Shown: positions 55,552-64,000 of the stretch, one piece after another
Numbering within the stretch: the stretch's first letter is position 1
Layout: every line of letters begins with the position of its first letter
Virus record (IMG/VR): IMGVR_UViG_3300031999_000013
DNA length: 64,000 bases
From: an uncultured virus (IMG/VR IMGVR_UViG_3300031999_000013)
Lineage: Duplodnaviria > Heunggongvirae > Uroviricota > Caudoviricetes
Reading direction: 5' to 3' (one strand)
Made by a program: the position numbers and the translations under genes
Notes under the pieces: model-generated
The model's input: the letters and a program-made list of their open reading frames with translations, nothing else
Database searches by the model: none
What the model was told of the DNA's origin: nothing

Positions 55552-56234
55552 CAAAACTTGCATGGGCGGGCGAGTTGCTGATGCTCGAAGCTCGATGGAC
55601 GGACAAGGACGGGCACACAGTGAAGCTGCAGTTGGTCACCCCCAACGAGGAGCGGCCCAATCCATTCAAGGCATTCACCAAGCGCCGTTCCGGCAGAGCG
55701 GGCACGCGCTTCAAGGCGGTGCTGAAGCCGGTCGACGAGATCGATGGCGGATACGATGGCGAGTTGATGCTCGCTGGCTGGGGTGACAGTTCTACGCAGG
55801 GGTACACCGTCTCATTCTGGTGTGAGCCTCAGACGGGTGGGCAACATCCATTCGCGCAGTACACGCGTCACGCGAGCGCGTTCATGTGCGCCCTCGTCGA
55901 GCTGGATGATGACGATCAGCCGATCGATCAGGAGAAGCGCGAGCGCGTCGAGGCGGCTGCCCCGCCAGAGCCACCGAAGAAGCCGCTGCGCGACAACGCA
56001 CACAATCTGTCCAAGTCGGCCGCCATGCTTTGCGACAATCCCGAGTTCTGGAAGTGGTGCGATGGTCCGATTCCGGTGGTGGATCCAACGACCGCAGCCA
56101 ACTGGATTCGCTCATCGCTTGGTATCGCGTCGCGCGCTGAGCTGGACACAAACCCGGAAGTCGCGCAGCGTTACCACCGGTTGATCAGGATCCCCTTCGC
56201 TAATCGCAATTATCGCAAAGGAGCGTACGCATGA
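55548..56234 (+). CDS. hypothetical protein (A.MLC..P.FW ... GI.SRAELD C-terminus)
   Basis: GGAGG SD; ATGA overlaps. Confidence 0.7.
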   Translation: MTKLAWAGELLMLEARWTDKDGHTVKLQLVTPNEERPNPFKAFTKRRSGRAGTRFKAVLKPVDEIDGGYDGELMLAGWGDSSTQGYTVSFWCEPQTGGQHPFAQYTRHASAFMCALVELDDDDQPIDQEKRERVEAAAPPEPPKKPLRDNAHNLSKSAAMLCDNPEFWKWCDGPIPVVDPTTAANWIRSSLGIASRAELDTNPEVAQRYHRLIRIPFANRNYRKGAYA

Positions 56235-56776
56235 GTGTTTTTGAAGAGTCGTTGCGTCGCACGCTATTCTATGAGGGCGGCTACTCGGATGACCCGCACG
56301 ATCCCGGTGGTGCGACAAAGTTCGGCGTGTCGATGCGGTTCTTGAAGGGGCTGGGCAAGCTGGCTGACTTCGATCACGACGGTGATGTCGATCAGGATGA
56401 CTTGCTGATGGTGACGAGCGATCCCGGCAAGCTGAGCAAGCTGTACTTCGACAACTTCTGGACACCCTCCGGTTGTTCGCGCATCTACTCGCAGCATCTG
56501 CAGATCAAACTGTTCGACACCGCGGTAAACGCAGGTCCGAAGCGCGCGCAGATTCTGTTGCAGCGCGCGCACAACATCTGCGACCGCACGTCATCGATCC
56601 TGAAAGAGGATGGTTTTCTCGGCGCGATGTCGGTTGCTTCAATCAACGCGCTTCCAGATGTTGCGCTGTTGCTTTGCATGCGTGGAACGCAGGCGCAGTT
56701 CTACAAGTCACTCATCGCGCAAGACGCCACTCTGTCGGGGTTCGATCTTGGCTGGCAACGGAGGGCTGCAACATGA
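56231..56776 (+). CDS. GH108 lysozyme-family endolysin with peptidoglycan-binding C-terminus
   Basis: EGGY.DDP.DPGGATKFG, FD.AVN.G, DG..G, F..GW.RR. Confidence 0.92.
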   Translation: MSVFEESLRRTLFYEGGYSDDPHDPGGATKFGVSMRFLKGLGKLADFDHDGDVDQDDLLMVTSDPGKLSKLYFDNFWTPSGCSRIYSQHLQIKLFDTAVNAGPKRAQILLQRAHNICDRTSSILKEDGFLGAMSVASINALPDVALLLCMRGTQAQFYKSLIAQDATLSGFDLGWQRRAAT

Positions 56777-56964
56777 GAGACGAGAACAAGCGCTGCGCGC
56801 AATGCGAATGGTACGAGGGCGACTCGATCGCTGGGTTCTGTCATCGATTCCCTCCCGCGCCAGATCGTGCGCAACGTGCGACGGAGTACTCCGAACCGCC
56901 GTTGGTGCCCTCCGATCACTGGTGTGGTGAATGGGCAAAGGCTAAAGGTTCGAACCAATTATGA
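56773..56964 (+). CDS. small Cys4 protein (C..C ... CHRFPP ... WCGEW)
   Basis: Four-Cys metal-binding pattern; GGAGG SD. Confidence 0.7.
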   Translation: MRDENKRCAQCEWYEGDSIAGFCHRFPPAPDRAQRATEYSEPPLVPSDHWCGEWAKAKGSNQL

Positions 56965-57749
56965 AGAGGCTGGCGCTTTTTGCTCTCGTGTTGATGGCGG
57001 CGTCGGTATCGGCGGCGACGCCGGCTGATCAGGCGGCCTTGTCGTGGACCAAGGCCCCAACGAATTGCGCCGGAGGCGTGCAAGGCCCGCTGCTCGGGTT
57101 CCGCGTGTACTACGGGAAAGTTGGGCGCGTGTCTGCTGGGCTGCCCGCGTTTACGTGCCCGCCACCGGGAACCCCGTGTCCGTGTAGCGATGCGACGCAG
57201 GTGCAGGCGAACGACCCCAAGGTTCCGGTCGCATACCCCAACGTCATCACCATCCCCGATCCAAACGTGTTGGTCAAAACGATAACGTTCACCGACACCG
57301 CGAAGTATTACTTCGCCGTTGCGGCGTTCGACGCCAGCGGTTCGAGCCCGCTCACCAACGAGGTGACTAAGGCGATTGTTGCCGGTCCTCCAACGCCGCC
57401 AACGTTACTTGCGCCCGCGTGCGCCGGATGCACGAATCTACCGGTCACACTCTTGGTAGGGGTGACGGGGATCCCGACCACGATCAACTGGACAGCGGTT
57501 GCCGGCGCTACGTCGTACAACATCGAGCTTCGCAGATACCCAGTTCGCGCTGGAGATGTGCCCACCGCTAAGGGCACAATGGCTGGGACCGCGACGAGCT
57601 GGGCGTTCAACCCCGGACGATCGGATCTGTTCTACTCGCGCATGCAGAGTTGCAGCGCCGCTGGTTGCTCAGCGTGGGTAGACAGCTTCGCTCAGGGGTT
57701 CCTGTATTACTTCGGGTTGGCCCCGGCGAGCGGTGGTGGAATTAACTAG
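56961..57749 (+). CDS. secreted protein with two fibronectin type III-like domains
   Basis: Sec signal MKRLALFALVLMAASVSA; LSW..P, GFRVYYG, YYFAV.A.D..G.S, W.AV.GATSY. Confidence 0.75.
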   Translation: MKRLALFALVLMAASVSAATPADQAALSWTKAPTNCAGGVQGPLLGFRVYYGKVGRVSAGLPAFTCPPPGTPCPCSDATQVQANDPKVPVAYPNVITIPDPNVLVKTITFTDTAKYYFAVAAFDASGSSPLTNEVTKAIVAGPPTPPTLLAPACAGCTNLPVTLLVGVTGIPTTINWTAVAGATSYNIELRRYPVRAGDVPTAKGTMAGTATSWAFNPGRSDLFYSRMQSCSAAGCSAWVDSFAQGFLYYFGLAPASGGGIN

Positions 57750-57758
57750 GAGACGACG

Positions 57759-58100
57759 ATGGCTTATGTAAGACCGAGACGAGTGTTCTGGCAGCTGCCT
57801 CCGGCAGCAACGCATGGGCGGTTCCATATGGCACCGGTTGGGCAGCCGCTGTTTCTGGAGACCCTGCTCGCCGCGCCGCAAACGGTTCCTCCGTTCAAGC
57901 GCATTGCGGCGGCCGACCCGCAAGAAGTCGTGTTCAAAGTGGGTGACGTGCCCGATGGTGCGTACCAGTTCGCGGTCGTTGCCGAAGCGGAAGACACCGG
58001 CAAGTTCGCTGACCCGTACCAGCACCTGAATTGGGTGAACGTCCCTTTGGACCTGAGCCCGCTCCCCCCGGCCTTTGGGGGCGGATCCTCGCTGCTCTAA
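57759..58100 (+). CDS. hypothetical beta-sandwich protein
   Basis: AGGAG SD; DG.YQFAV.A.D..G. Confidence 0.65.
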   Translation: MAYVRPRRVFWQLPPAATHGRFHMAPVGQPLFLETLLAAPQTVPPFKRIAAADPQEVVFKVGDVPDGAYQFAVVAEAEDTGKFADPYQHLNWVNVPLDLSPLPPAFGGGSSLL

Positions 58101-58121
58101 AACGGCTGCTGGAGATGTGGC

Positions 58122-58493
58122 GTGACAAAAGAAGTTGATCGACTGAAGGTCTATTTCCAAGAGTCGCCAGCAGACGACGTGTACGAGCACGTCGTTGCGT
58201 GGTGCGACTCGAACGATCTTCAGGAGTTCGGCGACCGAGTGTTCAACCGGTATGCGGACAGGCGCGAGATGGTGTTCTGGCACACCCCGCACATGTATCG
58301 CGGTTGGCACTCGGGTGAGTCGCGCGTGAAGGTTATGTGTCGCGCGCGGTTCCTTGTTACGCGGGAGAAGCTGCCTGTTGCCGGCGATGCGTTCGTGAAG
58401 CAGGTTGTCTTGGAGCTGGCTCCGTCAGCGGTGAAGGAGGCGCAGCGTAAGTACTTTCCGAATGGAGGTATTGGTGGGCAAGTTTCTGGATGA
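58122..58493 (+). CDS. hypothetical protein
   Basis: GGAG SD, GTG start. Confidence 0.6.
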   Translation: MTKEVDRLKVYFQESPADDVYEHVVAWCDSNDLQEFGDRVFNRYADRREMVFWHTPHMYRGWHSGESRVKVMCRARFLVTREKLPVAGDAFVKQVVLELAPSAVKEAQRKYFPNGGIGGQVSG

Positions 58494-58743
58494 GATGTCG
58501 AAGAGCGAGCGTAACGCTACGAAGCTGAAGCTGGAACGCGAGCGGCTCAGGAAGGGCATGGTTCCGCACTGGACGCGCTTCTGGAAGCTCCACTCCGGTG
58601 ACGTCGGTCACGCGTACATCAACCTGTACACGGAGGCGCGCAGGATCTCCCCGTACTACACCGGGCACTACGATGGGATCTACTACACCGTCTCAGTGCC
58701 GCTGCAGATCATCCTGATCGGGCTACTGATTTGGAGGTGGTAG
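58462..58743 (+). CDS. hypothetical protein with C-terminal hydrophobic segment
   Basis: ORF track; packing. Confidence 0.5.
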   Translation: MEVLVGKFLDEMSKSERNATKLKLERERLRKGMVPHWTRFWKLHSGDVGHAYINLYTEARRISPYYTGHYDGIYYTVSVPLQIILIGLLIWRW

Positions 58744-58901
58744 CGCTGAACCTGATCACGGGGCAGCTCGACCCGGCCATCAAGGTCGACGCTCTCAAGA
58801 CCTTCGTGATCAAGACGCAGACCCCGTGTGATCACGCATGCGAGTGGGTCGAGCCGTATGGCTGGGTTCCCGAGTGCGGATGCCCGGTTCACGATCAGTG
58901 A
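58737..58901 (+). CDS. 54-aa Cys/His peptide (...CDHACEWVEPYGWVPECGCPVHDQ), not in ORF track
   Basis: Translated by hand; fills the gap, GTGA overlap with next gene. Confidence 0.55.
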   Translation: MVALNLITGQLDPAIKVDALKTFVIKTQTPCDHACEWVEPYGWVPECGCPVHDQ

Positions 58902-59218
58902 AGGTGCTCACCGTATGTCAGGGCGGCAACTCGCGCAGCGTGGCGCTTGGGTACGTGCTCAAGTACGGGCTGGGGCACGACTCGATCGCCTGCAGCTGGG
59001 AGAAGAACTCGCCAGAGACGATCGCCATGCTGTGTGCGTGGGCGGACCGCGTGATCGTGGTCGAGAGCCACATGGTGGAAAAGATCCCTCAAATGTTCCA
59101 CGTGAAACTATCGGTCTACGACGTTGGCCCGGATCGCTGGTTCAATGGCCTGCATCCCGAGCTGATTGAGATGTTCAGCGAGATGACCGGCAGGGATCCT
59201 TCGTGGCGACCTCATTGA
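58898..59218 (+). CDS. low-molecular-weight protein-tyrosine-phosphatase-like protein
   Basis: N-terminal VLTVCQGGNSRS (CX5RS P-loop), WAD.VIV.E, DVGPD. Confidence 0.8.
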   Translation: MKVLTVCQGGNSRSVALGYVLKYGLGHDSIACSWEKNSPETIAMLCAWADRVIVVESHMVEKIPQMFHVKLSVYDVGPDRWFNGLHPELIEMFSEMTGRDPSWRPH

Positions 59219-59571
59219 GCGTCACAGAGCACGAGAGACGCCTGCGCCTGCTTCCCTGCGCCGTAAGCGCCATGTACCCCGTTACGCTGCACCATTGCCA
59301 CTCTGGCAGCCTGCTGAGCGCTGGCTGGCTCGTCGGTAAGGGTCAGCGTCAGAACCCCTTCCTGCAGCTTCCGTTGCACGAGATCTACCACACCGGCAAG
59401 TTCGGCATCGACTCGGGCATGGGCGTGGTGACGTGGGAAGGGAAGTTCGCCACGCAAATGGAGCTGCTCGAATGGGTCGATGATCAGTTGGCTCGGTGGG
59501 ATTCCCCCTCGATTTGGCTCCTCGCCAAGGAATGGGAATCAGTCCATCGTTCGAAGAGCATGCGGATATGA
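59203..59571 (+). CDS. Ref/DUF968-like HNH-type nuclease
   Basis: LPC.V, LHH, LPL...YHTG, WE..F..Q..LL. Confidence 0.7.
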   Translation: MATSLSVTEHERRLRLLPCAVSAMYPVTLHHCHSGSLLSAGWLVGKGQRQNPFLQLPLHEIYHTGKFGIDSGMGVVTWEGKFATQMELLEWVDDQLARWDSPSIWLLAKEWESVHRSKSMRI

Positions 59572-59915
59572 CCAAGTACCACGCGATCCAAACGACCGTC
59601 GACGGCATCGTGTTCGCCTCCAAGGCGGAGGCGCGCCGTTACGGCGAACTGAAGCTGCTTGAGCGCGCGGGCGAAGTCACCGGACTCCAGTTACAACCGC
59701 GGTTCGATCTCGCGTGCGGGGGTAGGCCTTTGCTGATCCGCTCGGCCGGCTTCCCGAAGGGGCGCGCCAGCTACTACCTCGCGGACTTCGAGTACTACGA
59801 GCGCGACGGTACGCGGGTGATCGAGGACGTGAAGGGGATGGATACGCCGGTCTCGCGCCTGAAGCGCGCGGTCGTCGAGGCTGAATATGGATTGCGGATC
59901 ACGCTCGTGCGATGA
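59568..59915 (+). CDS. DUF1064-family putative endonuclease
   Basis: KY.A..T.VDGI.F.SK.EA.RY, Y.ADF.Y, EDVKG..T. Confidence 0.88.
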   Translation: MTKYHAIQTTVDGIVFASKAEARRYGELKLLERAGEVTGLQLQPRFDLACGGRPLLIRSAGFPKGRASYYLADFEYYERDGTRVIEDVKGMDTPVSRLKRAVVEAEYGLRITLVR

Positions 59916-59990
59916 TCGCTCTCGGGGTGTCCCCCACCCCTGTCTCGTGTGTGAGAGGGAAGGGCCAGCGGATGCTGGCCCGACCTCGCC

Positions 59991-60221
59991 TCAGCGTGCG
60001 GCCTTCGAGGCGCGACAATCCGGCAAGATCACCTTCACCTGAATGACCGTCTCGCGCTCGTCGTGATTCTCCATGTGCGTCTTGCGCCACGCCAAGTGCG
60101 CCGCAGCCACCGATCGATCGCGGAAGGTAAGCGGAGCGCTGCACTTGCCGCGATCCATACTCACCTTCTCGGACACGAAGACGTCGTCATGCACATGGAT
60201 CATGTAGGTGCGCAGCATCAT
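59991..60221 (-). CDS. hypothetical protein
   Basis: GAGG SD; packing. Confidence 0.5.
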   Translation of the reverse strand: MMLRTYMIHVHDDVFVSEKVSMDRGKCSAPLTFRDRSVAAAHLAWRKTHMENHDERETVIQVKVILPDCRASKAAR

Positions 60222-60481
60222 GACAGCATCCTCGTGACGGCAGCGCCCAGTAGCGCGCCAGATAGAAACCAGAACCACCCCGGCGTGACCTTCGACCGCC
60301 ACTCGGCCCGACGTTCTCGCGCCATGTCGCGCTCGATCGCCGCCACGACCTTGCGTGGATCCGCCCAGCCGTAGCTGTAGCCGACTGTGTGCTGTGCCTC
60401 CAGATCCGCTTTCGCCATCGCCTCGTCGAAGCGCTTCTTGAACAAGAATGCGTCCGATCGGTGCTTGCTTGGGTAGGTCAT
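60218..60481 (-). CDS. hypothetical protein with C-terminal TM
   Basis: GGAGG SD; ATGA overlaps. Confidence 0.55.
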   Translation of the reverse strand: MTYPSKHRSDAFLFKKRFDEAMAKADLEAQHTVGYSYGWADPRKVVAAIERDMARERRAEWRSKVTPGWFWFLSGALLGAAVTRMLS

Positions 60482-60678
60482 AGCCGACCTCCGATCGACA
60501 TACGCGCGCCGATGCGCTCCTTCAGAAACTGGATGAGGCTCACCAGCACGTCCGGTTCGAGCACGACGCGGTTGGTCGTGCCAAGCCCGTTGCTGGTGAA
60601 GATCACGACTCTGTCGTCGTCCATGCGAACGTACGCGCCGTCGCCGATGTACTTCGCGCCGTGTAGGTCCGGATTCAT
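60478..60678 (-). CDS. hypothetical protein (YIGDG.YV..D ... LEP.V)
   Basis: GGAGG SD; recurring phage motif. Confidence 0.7.
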   Translation of the reverse strand: MNPDLHGAKYIGDGAYVRMDDDRVVIFTSNGLGTTNRVVLEPDVLVSLIQFLKERIGARMSIGGRL

Positions 60679-60887
60679 TCTGCAAGTCCTCCCATGTTGA
60701 GCGGGCACATGTAGCCCTCGTCGACGATCGTCACCGACCCGTCTGTGTAGTAGCAGTAGCGCAGCCCGTCACGCACCTCATCGCCCGTCAGGTACGGGCC
60801 ATTGGCGCGGACGTGGGTCGCAATCACGACCATGAACACGACGGTCACGATCAGCGCAAATTGAACCCCTCTGTTCGATCGTTTCAT
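60675..60887 (-). CDS. small secreted/membrane protein with CYY...CP
   Basis: Basic N-terminus plus hydrophobic helix. Confidence 0.6.
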   Translation of the reverse strand: MKRSNRGVQFALIVTVVFMVVIATHVRANGPYLTGDEVRDGLRYCYYTDGSVTIVDEGYMCPLNMGGLAE

Positions 60888-61111
60888 TCGTCTATCCTCT
60901 TCGAGAGAGCCGGGTTGAAGCCGCCGAACGAATCGAAGCGCGCCTTGAAGCGCTCGAAGTACGGGAGGGTGCGATCGAAGTACGGATGCCCCGGAGGGGC
61001 ATACCGCCACAGTCGAGCCATCTCCTCGTGGGTGAGCGCATCGATCGCAGCGAGCGCCGCGCTCTCGTCCACGGGCTTGGGATGAACGCGATCTTTTGAA
61101 TGCGTGCTCAT
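60884..61111 (-). CDS. hypothetical protein (LWRYAP.GHPYF ... GG..PALSK.I)
   Basis: GGAGG SD; recurring phage motif. Confidence 0.7.
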   Translation of the reverse strand: MSTHSKDRVHPKPVDESAALAAIDALTHEEMARLWRYAPPGHPYFDRTLPYFERFKARFDSFGGFNPALSKRIDE

Positions 61112-61359
61112 GTGGCCTCCGCGGCAACGCCGGGACGTCGCTCCTTCTCGTTGGCAAAGGCAACCGCCATCGAGATCGATGTGTGCAGCGCCTTCGCCTG
61201 CTCCAGCGTCATTCGGTGGTACGTGTCCCCGCAGCCCTCGCCAATGTCGCACACCGTCAAAACGTATGGACGCCGGGCGCACATCTCAAGGTACTCGGGT
61301 GCCTTCCCCTGCGGTGCCGGGTTGAACGCAACGTTGACCCGCTTTACTTGGTTGCTCAT
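61108..61359 (-). CDS. hypothetical protein
   Basis: ACACAC-GGAAGG leader. Confidence 0.6.
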   Translation of the reverse strand: MSNQVKRVNVAFNPAPQGKAPEYLEMCARRPYVLTVCDIGEGCGDTYHRMTLEQAKALHTSISMAVAFANEKERRPGVAAEAT

Positions 61360-61697
61360 GATGCCTTCCGTGTGTGTTGGTTGTGGTGGGCAACGAATGC
61401 CATCGGGGTCGCGAACACCTTCACCGGATCCTTCGGTAGGTTCAGGTTGGGTGGGTCGCAACGCTTGATCACGTTGGCTCGGTAGATCGCCATCCCGGCG
61501 CACTGCGTCCCTCGAATGCAGTGGCAGTCGACTACGTGATCGCTGTGCGCCAGCTGCACGTACTCGTCAGGTGTTGCGCCACCGAGCCACCCCGGCAGCG
61601 CAGTTGTCGCCATCGGGCAGTCGCTGCACGGTTGAGTGTGCTGCGCCTTGCCGTCGACCGCCTCCTCGCTGGAGATCAGTTGCTTACGTCGCTTCAT
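61356..61697 (-). CDS. Cys-rich protein, DUF6283-like
   Basis: PC.DCP ... PGWLG ... CH ... CAG. Confidence 0.7.
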   Translation of the reverse strand: MKRRKQLISSEEAVDGKAQHTQPCSDCPMATTALPGWLGGATPDEYVQLAHSDHVVDCHCIRGTQCAGMAIYRANVIKRCDPPNLNLPKDPVKVFATPMAFVAHHNQHTRKAS

Positions 61698-61857
61698 GGT
61701 CGCCCTCCGGCACCGTACTCAAGGGAAGCTTCGTGGTGCGCTCTCGCGTCTGACGGTCGAGCACATCACGCAGCAGACGCTCGCGGTCCTTGACCTCGTA
61801 CGGATCGAGCGCCCAATAGATCACGAGCTTGGTCATCGTCTCCTGCTCGTAGCTCAT
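61684..61857 (-). CDS. hypothetical protein
   Basis: Packing. Confidence 0.45.
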   Translation of the reverse strand: MSYEQETMTKLVIYWALDPYEVKDRERLLRDVLDRQTRERTTKLPLSTVPEGDHEAT

Positions 61858-62222
61858 GTTGACGCTACCTGATTCGCTCGGGCTCGCATCCGGTCGAACT
61901 CCTTGTCGATGTCGTTGCCCCTCCAGTGGTTGACCAAAGTGGAGGCGTCGGCGAGAGCCCAGCTTAGGTTCCTGAGAACCAAGACGTTGTCGGCATCCTT
62001 TTCCACGCCGCCGCTCGACCATGCCCCATAGGGTGCGTCACCCGTCTCCCAGCGGACGGTGACGGAGTTCGACCAGCACCCCTTCACGGCGTAGGTGGCG
62101 GTCATCCTTGTCTGCATGATGCGGTCGGTATCCTCGTCTCGCATGCGGCTGCCATTGAACGTGACCGTGCAGCCACGGCAGTCAACGGTCTCGGCGAAGT
62201 GCTCGCTTTTGATTCCTCGCAT
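61854..62222 (-). CDS. hypothetical protein
   Basis: ACAC-AGGGG leader. Confidence 0.6.
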   Translation of the reverse strand: MRGIKSEHFAETVDCRGCTVTFNGSRMRDEDTDRIMQTRMTATYAVKGCWSNSVTVRWETGDAPYGAWSSGGVEKDADNVLVLRNLSWALADASTLVNHWRGNDIDKEFDRMRARANQVAST

Positions 62223-62223
62223 G

Positions 62224-62442
62224 TCATACCCCTGTGTATTCGATGGTGATCGCGCCGCCAGCATCGGATGAAACGCCGCCTTTGCTGCGCATCGCCTTAG
62301 CCCCGTGACTGGTCACGAATTTGTTGAAGTCGACCTCGACTGTGAAGTAGCGGTCGGCCCCGTCAATGCTGCGCACGATGTCCACAGACATGAACGCCTG
62401 TGACTCCGTGAACTTTTGCGTATGAACCTTCGGTGCTGCCAT
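62224..62442 (-). CDS. hypothetical protein
   Basis: ACACAC-GAGG leader. Confidence 0.65.
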   Translation of the reverse strand: MAAPKVHTQKFTESQAFMSVDIVRSIDGADRYFTVEVDFNKFVTSHGAKAMRSKGGVSSDAGGAITIEYTGV

Positions 62443-62512
62443 GTAAATCCCCTCGTGTGTAGTGGGTAGAAGGTGGGTGGGAGCACATCCATGCCCCCAC
62501 CCTCCGGCCGGA

Positions 62513-63694
62513 TCAGGCGGCGACCGCCACCCGATTCCAGTTTTTCAGTTCCATCGACAGGATCTTCCCGCCGATATCTTCAAGCTCGCACGCTCTTTCG
62601 TACGAGACTTCCTCGCGGTTCGCCACCTCGGTGATGGCATTCAACATGCCCCACTGCGAGTAGTCGCCATCGCGGATCAGCGATTCGAGAGCGAACTTCT
62701 TCTCGGTGTCGCGCAGCTGCACTTCCTTGGCGAGGACGTCGATCGCTTTGAACGGATCAGCGATCAGCGTGCCGTTTTTCAAGGCCCGCAGCTTGTCGCC
62801 CATCTTCTGGGCATACGACACACTGGAGAGCATGGTGAGCACATCCGTCAGCTCCGCCACGATCACTTCCGACTGCTTGCGCCGAGTGACGTCGGAGAAC
62901 TCCAGCTCACCGGACTCAAGCTTGCCGCCGACATGGTTGCGGGAGTAGCTGAACATCTCGTCACGCCCCCAAACGCAGCCGTTGTCGCAAAAGGCTCTCC
63001 AGAAGAAGCCTTCGATTTTCATCGCACCGTGCCCCGTCTCGCTGTTCGAGAAGATCGCACCGGGACGGACCGTGTCCCGACCGTTGGTCGTTTCGAGCCC
63101 AGCGATCCGCTGGTGATTCGCATCCACGCTGCCGCCCCATCCATGTGCCGCATCCTTGCCGTGCGGCGTTGCGCCGATGTCCTGAGCCAGCCGGTCGTCA
63201 GTGAACAACACCTTCAGGTGCATGTTGTTTTCGCCGACGTTCGAGCTGATCAGTCGCGACTTGATGTCGCCCTTCACGATCGGGGGCAGCACCTGCTCCA
63301 GAACCTCGACGTTGTCCAAGGGTCGGAACCGGTTCGACAGAAAGGCTCGCGCCTTGCCATCCAACGTTCGCATCAACCGCACCTCGGGTTCACGTTCGAA
63401 CAGCGCATTCACCTGATGCATCACCAAGTCGCGGTGATCCGTCAGGAGACGGTCGAAGTAGGTCCAAGGGATGTTCAAGCGACCGGCAATCTGCCGAAAG
63501 CAGTTGTCGGTGATCGAGAAGCGCTCCAGCTCCGCGCCGCCTTCCTTGTGCAGGATCAGCGCAACGCCACGATCGAAGCCTTCCATCGGCACCATTCGAA
63601 GCGCCTCCTTCGTGGACGCAACGAAGTCGCGCTTCGTCGTGGACTGGCGCTGCACTTCGATCAACAGGTCGTTCAGGTTCATTCCGGCTTTCAT
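62513..63694 (-). CDS. DUF932/DUF945-like phage/plasmid early protein
   Basis: QI...L.IP..Y, R.LDG..RA.LS.R...LDN, NSE.G.G, R..C.NG, W...NA.T. Confidence 0.85.
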   Translation of the reverse strand: MKAGMNLNDLLIEVQRQSTTKRDFVASTKEALRMVPMEGFDRGVALILHKEGGAELERFSITDNCFRQIAGRLNIPWTYFDRLLTDHRDLVMHQVNALFEREPEVRLMRTLDGKARAFLSNRFRPLDNVEVLEQVLPPIVKGDIKSRLISSNVGENNMHLKVLFTDDRLAQDIGATPHGKDAAHGWGGSVDANHQRIAGLETTNGRDTVRPGAIFSNSETGHGAMKIEGFFWRAFCDNGCVWGRDEMFSYSRNHVGGKLESGELEFSDVTRRKQSEVIVAELTDVLTMLSSVSYAQKMGDKLRALKNGTLIADPFKAIDVLAKEVQLRDTEKKFALESLIRDGDYSQWGMLNAITEVANREEVSYERACELEDIGGKILSMELKNWNRVAVAA

Positions 63695-63742
63695 GTGTGA
63701 ATCCTCGTGTGTTTAAGTGAGCCGCTTTCTGGCAGCCCAATC

Positions 63743-63772
63743 ATCATGGCCGCCAATGGTTGCTGTCGTCAA
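63743..63772 (-). promoter_or_regulatory. sigma70-like early promoter
   Basis: TTGACG-N18-CATGAT with AT-rich upstream sequence, ahead of the leftward early cluster. Confidence 0.5.
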
Positions 63773-63786
63773 GTGAATTTATTTCA

Positions 63787-64000
63787 TCACCTTGTGATGG
63801 TTTTTTTCTTCCTCCCTTTGAGAGCAGTTCGCATGAGCACGATTCGGAACTCGGGCACGGTGCGGAATTGCGGGTTGGGTTTGCCTTTGCGCTTTTTGGG
63901 CGCTAGGTATCGGTCGACCGTGGTGTCCGCCACCATCATCAGTCGCGCGGTTTGCGATCGGGAGAGACCGTTCTCGACCATCAGCTCCCGTAGGGTTTCG
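63787..64000 (-). CDS. HTH protein, probably 5'-truncated at the window edge
   Basis: LRELMVENGLSRSQTARLMMVADTTVDRYL. Confidence 0.65.
   Translation of the reverse strand, partial: ETLRELMVENGLSRSQTARLMMVADTTVDRYLAPKKRKGKPNPQFRTVPEFRIVLMRTALKGRKKKTITR

Noticed and set aside
59919..59957. GGGGTG/CACCCC hairpin at the convergence point as a terminator
   Set aside because: No U-tract on either strand and a short stem; plausible but unsupported

Overview
The window is most or all of a GC-rich tailed dsDNA phage genome with a podovirus-like layout; spanins and a GH108 lysin point to a diderm host. 1-43.9 kb (+) is the late/structural arm: TerL, portal, GroES-like co-chaperonin, scaffold, major capsid, adaptors and nozzle, many adhesin/fibre genes (including a 1473-aa Ser/Thr/Gly/Asn repeat protein), a sugar-modification cassette (glycosyltransferase, NDP-sugar 4,6-dehydratase, methyltransferase, GNAT), ejection proteins, a 3893-aa polyvalent protein (GGDEF-like, zincin-like, LPD38-like), holin-like genes and spanins. 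43.9-50.7 kb (-) holds small early genes plus ssb, recT-like and yqaJ. 50.7-59.9 kb (+) holds an HTH regulator, an Acb2-type anti-CBASS sponge, a structured non-coding region, SF2 helicase, primase, endolysin, a secreted FN3-like protein, an LMW-PTP-like phosphatase and nucleases. 60-64 kb (-) holds small early genes, a DUF932-like gene and a partial HTH gene. I could not support an integrase, DNA polymerase, tRNA, CRISPR array or reverse transcriptase. All family calls are motif recognition by eye; no searches were run.
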